The notes: generated by a model not told the origin, from the letters alone. Positions 31,972 to 42,877 are shown, counted from the stretch's first letter. The stretch is DNA of 43,757 bases from Trichomonas gallinae (GCA_008369845.1 MRSU01001066.1:1-43757), one strand, 5' to 3'. Made by a program: numbers and translations.

Positions 31972-32651
31972 TTTTTATATTAATAATATTGTTTCAAAAT
32001 TATCCATGTAAAAATTTTTGTTTATATGTTTGATAACTTGCAATAACTTTTAATCCTATGAATGGATACTGAGCAAACTTTTTCTAAATCATTCAAATTG
32101 ACTTGGATGTTAATGAAATTCCCCGAAATCTCGGACATATAACTCAGCAAATTGAAACTGGGATTTCTTTATGTTTTAAGTTATTTTAATACATGCTCAC
32201 TGATCAAAATATCAGTTTCAAAAGTCATTGATTCAAAATTGATTTGAATATTTTAGTTTGTTTTGTAGACTACATTTTGAACCATAATTTGTTTGCAAAA
32301 TGTATTATATCGCAACATTAAGTATACTTTCAATGTTGTATCATGAATCTAGCAAGATATAAAATTTCAATGATTAAAAATTTAAAAAATAGCATCATTC
32401 GACTTGTGAAAAGCAAGTATATCATTCATACTATAGATTACTGAATGATTAATATGTAATCTCCATCGTATTAAAATTTTGATATTTCGTAGGACATAAA
32501 AATAGTAAATCTGAGTGGTAGAACATATTTTGTTATCAATGAAGATGATCTTCCGATGAAACTAAATGATATTTCAACTAAACTCTATTATTTTGATAGT
32601 TTAATATATTATCCAAAAACAAAACTAAAACAAGCTGGGGTTGAAATGACC

Positions 32652-32948
32652 TTATTGAACCTTTTCGAGGAGATCATCTTGTTGAAGAGGATCTTTTAAT
32701 CCTTGAGTAAAGAATAAAGGTGGTATTAAGTTTGCTCTAAGTTCCTGTCTTTCTGCCTCTTTTCCACTTGTGCCGGAAACTTGAATCGGACGTTTCTCGT
32801 AGCGATTTTGTCGATAGCAACAACAGCAACCAGCCACGAAAAGGACGCATAACGTTAATACCGAGATAGAAGCGAGTACTAGCGTGTTAGTGCTAATCTC
32901 TTCTTTGCTACAAACGTGTTGTATCAAAAAAGAGAGAAACAAAAACAT
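32652..32948 (-). CDS. Small type I membrane protein with juxtamembrane Cys cluster
   Basis: Signal-like N-terminus, one TM helix ending GCCCCYR, short cytosolic tail. Confidence 0.7.
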   Translation of the reverse strand: MFLFLSFLIQHVCSKEEISTNTLVLASISVLTLCVLFVAGCCCCYRQNRYEKRPIQVSGTSGKEAERQELRANLIPPLFFTQGLKDPLQQDDLLEKVQ

Positions 32949-33792
32949 TTTTATTGTAAACCATTCAAACTGAACCTTTTTACGCGAAACTTAACCATCT
33001 ACCAAACAAGTGTTGACTGGATAAATTACATGAATCGCTTTGAAAATCAAGAATTTGAAAAGATTTTTAAAATAAATAAAAAAATATTTCACGATTAAGA
33101 GTTTTGCATTATGAGTATGATTAGAGATCACTGTTTTTGTTCTGCTTCACTAGCTTAAACTTAGTTAAAATCTTTTATTCATTTTGAATTAATTTCAAAA
33201 TGTTAGAACAAACTTTGTTACATTCGTACATATAATACTTTTTGTTATAAATCTGTTTCAGTAGATTATCTTGGATAAATTCATTATAAACAATTTTTCG
33301 ATAATTACTTTTCCATTTTCATTTTAATATCACAAACAAATACAATTATTCGACTAATCAAGCAGGATAAAATTCACAATCCTTTGTGTAACTTATCTCT
33401 TGGTGAAAGTGAGCATGAACTAGTCAATTTTCGCCTTCAAGAATTTGTCTGTCTAATATATATATTTCAACTTATCTCATTAAGCTTTCAAGATTAGATA
33501 ATGGCATTATGAATATACACATTCATAACAATTCTCTATCTATCTATATAAACATAATTGTTCTAAGTTTATCCAATCTTGAGATAATTAAAAATTCTGG
33601 GACACCCTATATTTAGCATATTACACGGAATCGATGCTTTTGAATTTAAATATTTTGGTAATATATATTACAATGTCCGCGAAACAATTAATAATATATA
33701 TATATGATTCTCGAATATTGTTTTTCAAACATAGTTGATTCTATGATTGAGTCATGCACTTATTATGATTATGAATCATTCTGCGGAAGTCG

Positions 33793-35340
33793 TTAAATTC
33801 TATTCTTTTTGAACTTTTCAATATATGGCTGGATTTGTTTCTTAAATTGTGGGATGTCTACAATTGTCGATTGATCCCTTAAAAAGTCGTGGCACCAGCC
33901 TCTGGAACACATATCAGCAGATTTATGGCAACCAGATGATCTTTTATCACTGACGTTTGAATCCCATCTAGACTGATTAATACTGAGTGTCCTTATCGAT
34001 ATATAATCAACTCTTGCCATCCCTGCAAGTTTTTTATACCAATCACGGCAATCATACATATAAGGAAGTATTTCTACCATAGCAGTAGGCGATCTTTCTG
34101 TAGAAGGGGTCATCCACAATGCATGTGTTAATCCGCTTCCATGGATTCCAATTAATAAAGATGCTTCACAAGTTATTGCAACTTGTTGAAGTTTGCTGTA
34201 GTCTTGGAGGTCTATTTGAATAACCTCGCAAAACAAGCACATTTCATGAACTGCTTTAGCTACTTCATCCGAATTTATTAAATTTCTTTTTACTTGTTTC
34301 ATTCTTCTTTTTATGATGAAAATTTTTGGGTGCTCATTTGATGGAGTGCATCCGGTGTTGTTTGCAGCTGCTAGCATCTTTTCTCGAAATCCAATTAATT
34401 CATTACTTGGAATGTCATAGTTCAAGAATAGGCTCCTTACCTCTTTGGAATTTGATGATTTAGGCACACCAATTATCAGCTTTTTGTGGCAATAAACTTG
34501 AGATTCATTATATATGATTTCCTTGCAAATTCCTTTCGCGTAAAAAAGTCCATATTTGCCATCATCATCGAATGCATGGATTATGCAGTCATTCGTTGAG
34601 TTCGTTATTGATAATGTTCTATAAATTGGAATAACAAAATCAACGAGATTATGCCAAAGCATCATATGATTTGAATACCTAGAGCATACTATTGCTGGAG
34701 GTCCAGGTTCTGAATGAATTTCTGATTGAAATTGAATTCTTTTCGAATTAATTATAAATTTATCCCTTGAATAAGGTGGCGGACGTGATGATGGATTGAG
34801 TAAAGGGTTTTGGAACTTGATTGTATAAGGAAATGCAAAAATGATTGATGTTCCATTTCTACAAGCGTTTGAAGCTTCACACCAACGATCTTCGAATGAT
34901 TCTCCGTGACATATTAATTTAGTATAACGATCTGATGGATTATCATCAAGATTAAATGTGCAATTAACTTTCGATGAGTAAAATAATTTTGGATATCCAT
35001 CATCATTGTAATAGAAAGATATTGAGTATATTGAACTTACATATATTTCTATTCCTAGTATTATAGTGTTATTTGAAGAAGAAATAACGAATTTTTCAAT
35101 ATTTGATTTGATATTGCAGATTGATGAGTGTAATTCAATCTTTATTTGACTATAATCTGTGTTTTGCAAAGATTTATGTATATTTAATTGATAATTAAGG
35201 TAAGTTGAATTTGATGTTGGTAATTTTTGTGCTGTGAGCAAAATATCGCGCCAATTGTATATCATGAAGAATACTGTTGTATACAGGAGTAAACCAACAA
35301 TAACTATTGATATCTTTATTAATGTTTTCCTTCGAATCAT
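33793..35340 (-). CDS. Glycosyltransferase family 61 (DUF563), type II membrane
   Basis: N-terminal TM; NHMMLWHNLVD; RNLINSDEV; QVAI...LLIGIHGSGLTHALWM...MVEILPY. Confidence 0.85.
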   Translation of the reverse strand: MIRRKTLIKISIVIVGLLLYTTVFFMIYNWRDILLTAQKLPTSNSTYLNYQLNIHKSLQNTDYSQIKIELHSSICNIKSNIEKFVISSSNNTIILGIEIYVSSIYSISFYYNDDGYPKLFYSSKVNCTFNLDDNPSDRYTKLICHGESFEDRWCEASNACRNGTSIIFAFPYTIKFQNPLLNPSSRPPPYSRDKFIINSKRIQFQSEIHSEPGPPAIVCSRYSNHMMLWHNLVDFVIPIYRTLSITNSTNDCIIHAFDDDGKYGLFYAKGICKEIIYNESQVYCHKKLIIGVPKSSNSKEVRSLFLNYDIPSNELIGFREKMLAAANNTGCTPSNEHPKIFIIKRRMKQVKRNLINSDEVAKAVHEMCLFCEVIQIDLQDYSKLQQVAITCEASLLIGIHGSGLTHALWMTPSTERSPTAMVEILPYMYDCRDWYKKLAGMARVDYISIRTLSINQSRWDSNVSDKRSSGCHKSADMCSRGWCHDFLRDQSTIVDIPQFKKQIQPYIEKFKKNRI

Positions 35341-35366
35341 AACATTTGGAGATTTAAATTCATTTT

Positions 35367-35725
35367 TGACATATAAAATATTTACATGTCATAAAATAAA
35401 ACTATCATAACGTATATTTTTGATGGGAAAATTTACGTGTCAGAATGTTATGTAAAAATAACTTTGTTGAGAAAATTATCGTCATTTTGAATGATTTACA
35501 TGTTAAATGTCATGTAAATATATTTACATGACATACGAAGATATATCATAACGTATATTTTTGATGGGAAAATTATCATCTGTTTGGGAAACTTACAGGT
35601 CAAATATGTCACGTAAAATGATTTTTGAATGAATAATTATCGAATTTTTGAGTAATTTTGACTTTTATTTTTACGTGACAGATTTCATTGAAAATAACAT
35701 AACGAACATTTTTGAACGAAAATTT
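35367..35725. repeat. ~2.5-copy tandem array (~141-147 bp unit) rich in TTTACRTGWCA sites, including a perfect 28-bp palindrome
   Basis: TATCATAACGTATATTTTTGATGGGAAAATT is exact at 35403-35433 and 35544-35574 and degenerate at ~35698. ATGTCATGTAAATATATTTACATGACAT lies at 35507-35534. Confidence 0.8.
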
Positions 35726-35919
35726 ATTACTTTCTTTTATTTATCTGGTAATTGTAAAATGATATGTTTTCTTTCAAAACTGAATTGAATACAAAATTTT
35801 ACTGTCGGCCCGTCTGCTCAATTTCATGAAAACAGGGTCGGTGCACTCCATATAAATCTAGTTCATCAATCCTACACAAAAAAGTTATCGCTTCTCATAG
35901 AAAAAATATATTTTTCACA

Positions 35920-36921
35920 ATGTGGTTTTTTCTAGGATTTATTAGATCAGCATGTGACACGCTGAAGATAGATTCAACAGGACAACACCACTTCCTGGTG
36001 ATTCAAGGGTCAGAATATTGTTTAGCAGTTCCTAAGCCAAAAACTGTTATTATTTTCGATGCTTTTGGTGAAGCGAAAGGTAGGGTTTGCATAAATAAAG
36101 ATGATGACTGTGTTGATGTCGGTGAAATTTCGACGTTTAATTCAACTTACAACATATCGGGTATTTGGTTCGGAGATTCTACAGGAGAAATTCATATAAG
36201 TTCACCATCAATTATCACTACAAAGTTCGTATATGCTATTATGCCTGACGTTTGCGATAAAATACTAATAACAAACCAAAGAAATTATTCTTTCAAACTA
36301 ACAAACAATGATCTTCGGGACTCCAAAGGATTTTGTTTCTTCGATGCAGCCTACGGCACTTATAACTACAAAGTTCAATATAATATCGATGAAGATGACG
36401 CTCTGCATATCAAACGAAATGATAACGTACCGAGAACATACAGAAATAACAACAGATTCTCAGGAACATCTGTCGCTGATGACCCTGCGCTTTTCTATAT
36501 CGACTCATCTAATCAAAAATTAAACTCATCAATAAATTTGAGCGTTATTTGTGACGACATTATTCCTGACACAAACATAACACGATATATTACTGATTTC
36601 AATTATACTTTCCTTCGCGGTGAATTTGTTAATGATTTTCCACCGCCAGAAGTAGATGATAAGTTCAGTAACATTCTATCTATTACCCTTTTAGTCGTAT
36701 TTGCAGGATGCGGAATAGGTTGCATTATATATCGTGTAGTTTCATATTATCGAAAGAAGAAACTCCGCGAACAACGAGCACTTGAGCGTGCAAATGAGCC
36801 AAAGAAGAAATACCGCAAGATTCTGCGCAATAAAATGCACAAAACGAGCACTAAACATTTTCGTGATGAAGATTTCCCAGATGTTCCAGAGAATTCCAAC
36901 CCGTTACTTGATCAATCATAA
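35920..36921 (+). CDS. Single-pass type I membrane protein, unknown function
   Basis: Short hydrophobic N-terminus, beta-rich Cys-containing ectodomain, TM ILSITLLVVFAGCGIGCIIY, basic tail. Confidence 0.8.
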   Translation: MWFFLGFIRSACDTLKIDSTGQHHFLVIQGSEYCLAVPKPKTVIIFDAFGEAKGRVCINKDDDCVDVGEISTFNSTYNISGIWFGDSTGEIHISSPSIITTKFVYAIMPDVCDKILITNQRNYSFKLTNNDLRDSKGFCFFDAAYGTYNYKVQYNIDEDDALHIKRNDNVPRTYRNNNRFSGTSVADDPALFYIDSSNQKLNSSINLSVICDDIIPDTNITRYITDFNYTFLRGEFVNDFPPPEVDDKFSNILSITLLVVFAGCGIGCIIYRVVSYYRKKKLREQRALERANEPKKKYRKILRNKMHKTSTKHFRDEDFPDVPENSNPLLDQS

Positions 36922-37033
36922 TTTTCTTGTATTTATTTGTATTGTTTTTTATAAAATCGCTATATTAATTTTAAAAATCTACAAACGTCGAGTTTTAATC
37001 CGCAAGCAGCATTTTGATGTCTTCTGTGAAACA

Positions 37034-38233
37034 TCAGAGTTTATAGTCTTCAATTATCAAATGATTTTCAAGATTTTGCAAAAATTGTTCAGTGTTATGA
37101 GCTTCAATGGCTAGATAATGATTTCCATCATTATGTGGAATGAATGTTGAAAATGCAGCCCATTCATGGTAAATAATTGTGCCTCGAGCATATTTTAATG
37201 GACTATTATCACCTCCATATACGGCTTCATGAACTGTCAAGGGATCATGTGGACATTGTCCATTTTGCCCTCTTCTTCTAGCAAACCAAGCTTCCATCAT
37301 TAATCCGCAGACAGCAGCCGGGTCTTTATCCGCATTTTCAAGCTTGGCATGTTCATGGAGAAAATCAATTGCTTTTCCTTTAACCCAAAACTGTTTTGTG
37401 ACGTCATGTGGGATCATTCTTATTTTAATTTGTGATTCGAATAAAATTTTTGTGGCTAATGTATCACCAGATACATTATGGTTTGGATACAGATGTATAG
37501 GCTTTCCAGATTTAACAAATTCTAAAAATTCATCTGGATTTGGAACTTCAAATGGTGTTTTTCCAGTATATTTGCTATCAATAATACTACCACCTCCCAT
37601 TATAACAATTTCCTTAACATTTTCTGCAAAAGATTGTTGCCTTTGTAGTGCTAATCCAATATTTGTAGGAATTCCAATTGCGATGATTGTAACTTCATGG
37701 GGGTATTGTAAGCATGTTTGTATCATGAAATCAGCGGCATCGCTTTGAACGCGTGATGTCATGTGTTTAATATCAATTAATTCTTCTCTTTCTTCTTTGT
37801 AAAACGGAAGACCTTCATTTGATGCTAAAAAGAGATTTCTGTGTGATCCAAGTGCACAGCTCGCACCGGCAATGATAGGAAATACTTGTTTTTCTGGGTG
37901 ACATTTAATATATGCGTCTTGTATCTTTCTTACCATTGCTGCACGTAGATCTGCTGGTCCATAGTTTGTTGTCACACCTAAAATTTCAATATTCTCTAAA
38001 TGCAAAGCATATAATAATGCCATTGTATCATCAAAGTCTGTACCTATATCAGTATCAATAATACACTTAACTGGTGTAGATGGTTGTGGAAAACTTTGTA
38101 CTTCAACTGGTGAATTTTTAATTTTCTTAATTAATTTCATTTCTTCTTTGGATATCTCTAGTTTTTCACTTCGATATGGCACATCTACATCTTGGAATTT
38201 GTAAGGCATGATGTTTGGAAGTCTCAAACCCAT
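37034..38233 (-). CDS. Inosine/uridine-preferring nucleoside hydrolase family protein
   Basis: IIDTDIGTDFDDTMAL, ILGVTT, IAIGIPTNIGLA, IVIMGG, and PHDPL. Confidence 0.9.
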   Translation of the reverse strand: MGLRLPNIMPYKFQDVDVPYRSEKLEISKEEMKLIKKIKNSPVEVQSFPQPSTPVKCIIDTDIGTDFDDTMALLYALHLENIEILGVTTNYGPADLRAAMVRKIQDAYIKCHPEKQVFPIIAGASCALGSHRNLFLASNEGLPFYKEEREELIDIKHMTSRVQSDAADFMIQTCLQYPHEVTIIAIGIPTNIGLALQRQQSFAENVKEIVIMGGGSIIDSKYTGKTPFEVPNPDEFLEFVKSGKPIHLYPNHNVSGDTLATKILFESQIKIRMIPHDVTKQFWVKGKAIDFLHEHAKLENADKDPAAVCGLMMEAWFARRRGQNGQCPHDPLTVHEAVYGGDNSPLKYARGTIIYHEWAAFSTFIPHNDGNHYLAIEAHNTEQFLQNLENHLIIEDYKL

Positions 38234-38746
38234 TTAAAACCTTATGCGAAATGTAATTTGACAAACTGAATCTTTTTTGCCTGTCAAATAGTTTGATTTT
38301 ACAACGTCATTTTGTCAGATTTCTTTCAAATTTCGATTGTGGGAATGTTGCTTAAGGTTGCTATGTCAGATGATTTTTTTGAGGAGTTTTCGGCAAGATT
38401 TGTAAAATGTCAAAATATTGAAATTTGACTTTTTTGTAAATTGTCAAAATGTCAAAAGTTGTAAATTACATTATAACATTCGAAGAAAACAAAGAAAAAC
38501 AATATCTTCACGTAAAGCATCTGTTTTATCACGTCTATTTTCATGTCATAGCGGTGTAAACAGCTTTACAATGAGATTTCGCTATACTCTAAAAGGCAGA
38601 TTGGGGATAAGAAAATAAGGTTAAGTTATCGTACTTTTGAATGAAAAACTTCCTTGGTGAATTGAAAATTTAAAATTCGGTGTTTTCACGCATAATCATT
38701 TCGAAGATTTGAAAATTTTTAACAGATTTTTACATAATTTTTTATA

Positions 38747-40336
38747 ATGAGTATTTTAGACAGAGTCATTAGTGCATACGAAAAACTCTGGGATAAACCT
38801 ATACCTCCTGAGACCCCTCTACCTGGTTTCTCAGAGAGAGACATGACAGACTTATGTCACCAAACAGTCGAAAAATTATCGGCTAATCCTGACCCTCTTC
38901 TCGAATTGGAATATCCAGTGGTCATTGTTGGTGATTTGCATGGATCTATAGAAGATTTACTGCGAATATTTAGAATATTTAAACCGCCGCCGCTTACAAA
39001 ATACTTATTTCTCGGTGATTACGTTGATAGAGGCGATAATTCACTTGAAGTCATGACAATACTGATGGCCTTATACTGCAAATATCCAGATAAGGTTTAT
39101 TTGTTACGCGGAAATCATGAATTCTCTCATATCAACAAAGTTTACGGATTTTACGAAGAGATCGTCGAGTCATATAGAAAACCTACACTTTGGGCGATTT
39201 TCCAACGGGTTTTTTCATTTTTACCTTTGGCCGCAATTATCAACAAAGAAACGTTTTGTGTACACGGCGGACTTAGCCCATATATGGAGAATGTATCGAC
39301 AATTCGATCCATTAAGCTCCCAATTACCAACTATGATGGTCAGCCGCTTATATCAGATCTTGTTTGGTCAGATCCATCAGATAAGGATGTGGATTTCGAA
39401 TCCAACAACCGTGGCTCTGGCGTTCTTTTCGGTAAACAGGCCGTTAAAGAATTCCTGACTGCCAACCACTTAAAATTTATGCTAAGAGGCCACCAATGCA
39501 CGACAACTGGTGTCCACGCTTTCGCAGACACACTCGGAATGACTGTTTTCAGCTGTTCTGATTACTGTAGATTGCTTGCAAACAGATCCGGATGTGTTCA
39601 TTTCAAAGGTAACGGAGAAGTAACATTCTTTTCACTTGGAGATGACACAGAGGAAGGAAACTGCGAGAAAGCAATTATGCTTCTCGTTGAAGGAAGAATT
39701 GGATTACAACGATCAACGAAATCTTACGTAAGAAAGGAGCCAGTTACACTGGACTCGGCTCCTACAAACTCATCGATTAAATTAATTTCACTTAGTCAAC
39801 GAAATGCAGTTACATTACAAGGTGAGCATCCTCCGCCATTAATTCCAAAGAAATCAGATTCAGCACCTGGCTCTGATATTGGAACAGCGCGCAAGAAAAA
39901 GAGAAAAATCATCAAAAAGAAGAAAACGCTCAAAAAATCAAAAACGCAAGGAAGATTCAAAGAAAAAGTATCAACAAACGATGGAGAAGAATCAACTACG
40001 AGCTCTACTGGAACAGAAAAGGAAGCATCTACAAATGAAGGAATCCTTCCGAATTTCCTTACAGCAGCCAACGAAATGCCATCAGATGATTACTCTCTCG
40101 ATGATACTGAGCCAGGAATATCATGTCCTGATGTTGTCGTTGCAACTGGTGAAAACGTTCGAAGAAATTCGCCTCCTCCATCGCCAAGATCAAACTTAAA
40201 ATCAATGCCACTCGCAATTACTTCTAGCGCAGCGGATTTAGTACTTAATCACCCTACATCTGATTCAGCACCAAAGAAGAAAAAGACGAGGAAGCGGTGC
40301 CGTGGACCGAAAAACAGAACCATTGATGCTCAATGA
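38747..40336 (+). CDS. PPP-family Ser/Thr protein phosphatase (PP1-like) with low-complexity basic tail
   Basis: GDLHG, GDYVDRG, RGNHE, HGG, DLVWSDP, RG and RGHQ motifs. Confidence 0.93.
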   Translation: MSILDRVISAYEKLWDKPIPPETPLPGFSERDMTDLCHQTVEKLSANPDPLLELEYPVVIVGDLHGSIEDLLRIFRIFKPPPLTKYLFLGDYVDRGDNSLEVMTILMALYCKYPDKVYLLRGNHEFSHINKVYGFYEEIVESYRKPTLWAIFQRVFSFLPLAAIINKETFCVHGGLSPYMENVSTIRSIKLPITNYDGQPLISDLVWSDPSDKDVDFESNNRGSGVLFGKQAVKEFLTANHLKFMLRGHQCTTTGVHAFADTLGMTVFSCSDYCRLLANRSGCVHFKGNGEVTFFSLGDDTEEGNCEKAIMLLVEGRIGLQRSTKSYVRKEPVTLDSAPTNSSIKLISLSQRNAVTLQGEHPPPLIPKKSDSAPGSDIGTARKKKRKIIKKKKTLKKSKTQGRFKEKVSTNDGEESTTSSTGTEKEASTNEGILPNFLTAANEMPSDDYSLDDTEPGISCPDVVVATGENVRRNSPPPSPRSNLKSMPLAITSSAADLVLNHPTSDSAPKKKKTRKRCRGPKNRTIDAQ

Positions 40337-41476
40337 AGCGAATTATATTGTTTGTATTTATATAAATATACGCTTTATACATTTAATTTTTATCTTTTCG
40401 AACAACAATCGTCATTTAAGCATTGCATCAACCAAAAATTATAGATGAGTTCAAGTTTCCCTATTCCACGTGCAAATTTCCCATAATATTCAGAATTTTG
40501 AATGATTAATGAATAATGATGTAATCATCATTAAATTAAGACTTAGACTCTATTTACACGATGTTTTAATGAATTCATTTAACATATTTTTATGTGGAAA
40601 AATGAGAAATCAAGAAATGAAAATAAAAATAGACAATTTTTATAGACGAAGTTTTTTGTTTCGAGTTTTTATCTTTTTGTTAAATTCGAGATATAGTATC
40701 TGCTCCGAGAGATCAATCAAATTTCATCGTTATTTTATAAAAGTAATAAAGATGAGATATTATCACCAGTATCCAATGCTTTATTTCAATGATAGGATAT
40801 AAATTCAAAATTCTAAAAGCTTTTAATGCAACTTTCTCATTTGCCATTCTCAAATTCAAACATTTGTTTTGAAGTTATAACTTATCAATGGATTTCACAA
40901 TGAGAAAGACAAATCGAATACAATCCTACAAACAAATATGATACAGCAAATCTTGTTACAATAACACAATGTTGTCAAAACACTAGATAGATATTTTTTC
41001 CATAAAATATTACTTAATTGAACTTCACAGATTATTGCCTCCATCTAAAGAGCTACATTTATTTACTATTTCATTACCTATTAGCTTCATTACCTTTGAA
41101 GTTCCATCATCTTTTTCATGTTTACATAATACTCTTAGCGATAACAATTCCTTTATCATAAATTGATTGTACTAAATGCAGAAAGCTATCGGATCATAAT
41201 AATCTGCTCAGATTTGTCGTGATGAAATTTTTCTTTACGATATTCAAGGCTTTCTGATTACCAATGTGTATTGTATGATGATACACATGATATAAACCCC
41301 TTTATTCGACGCAAATAAACTTTACAGTGTAAAGATTAATCGAATTTGGGGCAAAAATTGTAAATTCCATGAAAATCAAGATCCGTTGCTAGAACCACAT
41401 ATTAATATTATATAAAAAGAATAAAATTTTTACGAGGTCAATTTTTTTTACGCCATTTATTTATTTTTTTTTACAC

Positions 41477-42712
41477 ATGAGTTCAGTAAAACTTATTGTA
41501 CCAGAATCTAACAGACCAAAGCCATTAAGAAGAATCAACACATCCGCTAGTGGCCGTAACATCATGTTAATGCCAAAAGGAATGCCACAACAGAAAAAAA
41601 TTGCCGAATCACCGACATTTTCGGAATTACCAAGTCACGTGGGTACACAACGCCGCAATACGCTTTTTGGATCATCCAGCATGAATCTTCCTGAACAAAA
41701 ATACGAAATTGATGTGCATTTGTTAAGTAACTACGGGCATCCTGACAAAATTTGTTTATCGAAAATCGAAGTTCTCACCAAAGATCGCATCCCTGTACGT
41801 CAACTCGCGGTTGTTCCTGAGGATATGAAATATGATAGTCCGAAGATTGAAAGATTAACATCATCGAGTTTGCTTAAGAACACTATGGATGAAATGTGGG
41901 TTGATGACTTCTCAGCAAATGGTGGACCTGTTATCTTCCACTTGCATGTTCAATGCTTCCTTGCTCCAGAGTTCGTTCGTCTTTTCAACTCAAAGATAGG
42001 CGAGACAATGTGCACCAAGGAATTTTCTGTATATATTCAAGGAAAATTTATTCAGACTGCAATAATTCCAAATGACTTCGGCACAACCATTTCTCTGAGG
42101 CAAGCGGATTTTCAGACAATCACACCAATAGAGAACTTCTTAGTTTTGCCAAAAGTACCAACATATGTTCGCTCGAAAGATGATTTTGGCAATCTTCCAA
42201 TATTGAAGACAAACTCAATAACATTCAAGCTATATTCCTCGTATTCAGGAAAGCCAAGAATTGGTTTGAACGGAATTGAAATGTTTGATTTGAATGGAAA
42301 AAAGATTAATCCAGATTTAATTACAAATATCGAAGTCTTCAACGGTGCAAGTATTTCTTCGCCAAGATATTTATTCAAACCAGATAAAATCACGATGAAT
42401 GTTGATGATATGTGGATTGCTGCGTTTCAGGAGCCTCCTGTTAGCGTCAAGCTTACTTTATGCGAAACAAGAATGATTTCCTTAATCAGGGTCTGGAATT
42501 ATAATGGATATAATGATAGTCAACTCTGGGGAGTTAAGAATATCAAAATATTCGTCAATGACACAGTTCCAGTCTTCTTTGGAAGGCTAAGGAGAGGCAA
42601 AGGAATGACAACTAACATTGAAGACTCAATTACAGATATTTGGATTAGTGAAAACTTCCATTTGAAGCATCTTCCAGCAATCAATAATATCTATGCTGAT
42701 AATAAGGAGTAA
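41477..42712 (+). CDS. KATNIP/KIAA0556-like (DUF4457-type) domain protein
   Basis: Two repeats of pattern LLSNYGHPDKICLSKIEV / LYSSYSGKPRIGLNGIEMFD...DMW...ISLIRVWNYN...GVKNIKI. Confidence 0.65.
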   Translation: MSSVKLIVPESNRPKPLRRINTSASGRNIMLMPKGMPQQKKIAESPTFSELPSHVGTQRRNTLFGSSSMNLPEQKYEIDVHLLSNYGHPDKICLSKIEVLTKDRIPVRQLAVVPEDMKYDSPKIERLTSSSLLKNTMDEMWVDDFSANGGPVIFHLHVQCFLAPEFVRLFNSKIGETMCTKEFSVYIQGKFIQTAIIPNDFGTTISLRQADFQTITPIENFLVLPKVPTYVRSKDDFGNLPILKTNSITFKLYSSYSGKPRIGLNGIEMFDLNGKKINPDLITNIEVFNGASISSPRYLFKPDKITMNVDDMWIAAFQEPPVSVKLTLCETRMISLIRVWNYNGYNDSQLWGVKNIKIFVNDTVPVFFGRLRRGKGMTTNIEDSITDIWISENFHLKHLPAINNIYADNKE

Positions 42713-42877
42713 TTTTGGTACTAATTATTATGTTTGAACTCGAAATAAAATATCATGTTTTTTTTTAAACAAAAAATTCGATAACAACAAAGAAATAAAT
42801 GAATTTTAGTTTAATATAATAATGAATATCTATAGGATGAAATACAAAATAGTAAAATTAAAATATAATAAAAAAAA

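Noticed and set aside
35367..35725. CRISPR-like or transposon interpretation of the repeats
   Set aside because: Eukaryotic context, spacers homologous to each other, no cas or transposase gene, no clear TSD.
36880..36921. Dileucine sorting signals in tails (ENSNPLL here; QQDDLL in 32652..32948) linking them to AP-3
   Set aside because: Spacing does not fit [DE]xxxL[LI] or DxxLL, and gene proximity is not evidence in this genome.
40509..41330. ORF 40509..40802 and patchy coding-like minus-strand stretches
   Set aside because: Frames break repeatedly and no domain could be assigned; would need blastx.
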